Shown here: in pieces, positions 62,455 through 64,000 of the stretch | Position numbering within the stretch: position 1 is the stretch's first letter | Layout of the letters: the number at the start of each line of letters is the position of its first letter | Source of the DNA: an uncultured delta proteobacterium | GTDB lineage: Bacteria; Desulfobacterota; Syntrophorhabdia; Syntrophorhabdales; WCHB1-27 | NCBI GenBank assembly: GCA_963810935.1 | Contig: CAWEPK010000009.1 | Location: 224,001-288,000 of the forward strand | Direction: 5' to 3' | DNA length: 64,000 nt | Notes under the pieces: model-generated | What the model was told of the DNA's origin: nothing | Databases searched by the model: none | What the model saw: only the letters and a program-made list of their open reading frames with translations | Made by a program: the position numbers and the translations under genes

Positions 62455-62698
62455 CAAATGCTTCCTTGGTCGTTCTCGCAAGTTCTTTCTTTGTTGGGGC
62501 TTCATCGCCTTCCCCCATACGGACAGGCCCAGCCCTTCAGTTCTTCCCCGCCCTCCCTAATCGGTAGGCAAAGCACTGAAAGGTGAGAAAAAACACCAGT
62601 CACGACAACCCCATTTCTCGTTCTTAAGTTTTTCCCTTTTACCGCCGAATAATGGCTAGGCGCTTCGACGGTGACTTTGCATAGGGGGGGTATCTTTC

Positions 62699-64000
62699 AT
62701 GAGAAGAAATGATATTAGCATCGGGAAGAGGCTCGCTGTCGGTTTTGGGGCTATTACATTTATAATGGCGGTTCTGATATGCATTGCGATCTTCAATATG
62801 AAGCAACTGGACACGAGATTCAGCCAGGTTGTAGATCTCAATGCGGCAAGGATCGAAAAAGCAAATGCAGCCATAAAGGCCATAGATCAGATCTTCTACG
62901 CGATGGGCATAATAATGATGTCGCAGGATCAGAGCATCGCCGAAGAGAATGCCAAGGTCATCGCAGAGAAGCGGAAGGTGCTGGGCGAGGCATTTGACGC
63001 CCTCAGTAAGCTGGGCTTGACCCAGAGGGCCACGGATCTCGTGGAGCAGAACAGAGTCGCCTCGGCGGCCGGCAAGCAGGCGAACAACAAGGCAATGGAG
63101 TTGGCGAAGGCCGGCAACCGCGAAGAGGCGATGTCGGTCTATGTAAAAGAGGCACGACCGTTCGCACTGCAGAACATAGCGGCGATGGAAGAGCTCGTGC
63201 GATACGAACAGGGGGAGATGGCGTTAGCCCGCCAGGCAGCATTGAAAGAGAGCCTCAAATATCGCCTGCTTCTAGTAGTTTTAGGCGTCATCGGCCTTAG
63301 CATGGTCGTTTCGGCCACGGTTTATCTAACCCGCAGCATTACTGTCCCCCTCAAAGAAGGAGTGAGTGTAGCGGACCGTCTCGCAAACGGCGATCTCGGG
63401 ACAAAGGTCGCTTATGAGGCCCGTGACGAAGTTGGTCAACTGCTGGCGTCAATGAAAAACATGGTGGAGAAATGGCGAGTTGTTGTGTCCCACGTAGCAT
63501 CCACCGCGACGAGTCTTTCGTCCGCGGCCACCGAACTTTCCGCAAGCGCCGAGCAGATGTCGAAAGGTTCATCCGTTCAAGCGGAGCGGGTGGCGACGGT
63601 CGCCACCTCGTCCGAAGAAATGTCCAAGACGGTCCTTGATGTAGCTAAGAACGCCAATGGCATCTCCCAATCAGCCACCGATGCGGCGATGACTGCACGG
63701 GGTGGGGCTTCCGTGGTAAACAGGGCAGTCGAAGAAGTCAAGGACATCGCGTTGACAGTAAACGACTGTGCACGGTTCGTGGAATCCCTCGGGGAACGCT
63801 CCAAACAGATAGGGGAGATCGTTGGGGTTATTAATGACATAGCCGACCAGACGAACCTCCTGGCCCTGAACGCTGCAATCGAGGCGGCGAGGGCCGGAGA
63901 CCAGGGCAGAGGTTTCGCGGTCGTTGCGGACGAAGTGAGAAAACTCGCGGAACGGACTGCAACCTCGACCTCTGAGATAGGCGTAATGATAAAGGGGATT
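62699..64000 (+). CDS. Methyl-accepting chemotaxis protein (3' truncated by the window edge); absent from the ORF track
   Basis: [19 protein letters not shown], helical sensor domain, TM, HAMP (DEVGQL) and [40 protein letters not shown]. Confidence 0.95.
   Translation, partial: MRRNDISIGKRLAVGFGAITFIMAVLICIAIFNMKQLDTRFSQVVDLNAARIEKANAAIKAIDQIFYAMGIIMMSQDQSIAEENAKVIAEKRKVLGEAFDALSKLGLTQRATDLVEQNRVASAAGKQANNKAMELAKAGNREEAMSVYVKEARPFALQNIAAMEELVRYEQGEMALARQAALKESLKYRLLLVVLGVIGLSMVVSATVYLTRSITVPLKEGVSVADRLANGDLGTKVAYEARDEVGQLLASMKNMVEKWRVVVSHVASTATSLSSAATELSASAEQMSKGSSVQAERVATVATSSEEMSKTVLDVAKNANGISQSATDAAMTARGGASVVNRAVEEVKDIALTVNDCARFVESLGERSKQIGEIVGVINDIADQTNLLALNAAIEAARAGDQGRGFAVVADEVRKLAERTATSTSEIGVMIKGI

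Noticed and set aside
62563..62680. c-di-GMP-I (GEMM) riboswitch upstream of the MCP
   Set aside because: GGCAAA-GCACT-GAAA-GGTG resembles the first hairpin, but the following GACGCAAAGC and second stem are not recognisable. An Infernal search against the c-di-GMP-I model would be needed.

Overview
Mostly core chromosome of a moderately GC-rich anaerobic bacterium. Gene content suggests Desulfobacterota (former Deltaproteobacteria); this is an inference, not a search result. In order, the window holds: a rearranged kdp K+-pump locus; tolB-pal-cpoB; the tRNA(Thr-Tyr-Gly-Thr)-tuf-rpmG-tRNA(Trp)-secE-nusG-rplKAJL-rpoBC cluster on the minus strand; an RpoD-like sigma factor; an accessory stretch (RHH-PilZ protein, 37%-His protein, MBL hydrolases, antiporter/YbdK chimeric pseudogene, acetylene-hydratase-like Mo/W enzyme, MoxR and ChlI-like AAA+/vWA modules); a GH57-ileS-lspA-plsY operon; a sigma54-driven ZraP/S/R-like locus; a UxxC selenoprotein missed by the ORF track; rtcB-archease; recD2; and a partial MCP. 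The best leads are: (1) KdpC fused in frame to an HExxH/ExEAD metallopeptidase-like domain, facing a kinase-less KdpD; (2) three tandem tRNA-Gly acceptor-stem mimics (microhelices) inside the tRNA operon; (3) a dispersed two-hairpin repeat family with covarying stems and C-GAA/AAA-G triloops; (4) the selenoprotein with a candidate SECIS; (5) apparent CTG and ATT start codons. Four single-base frameshifts, one in essential rpoB, point to assembly or base-calling errors, so fusion and frameshift calls need read-level confirmation. No CRISPR array, transposase or prophage was seen.
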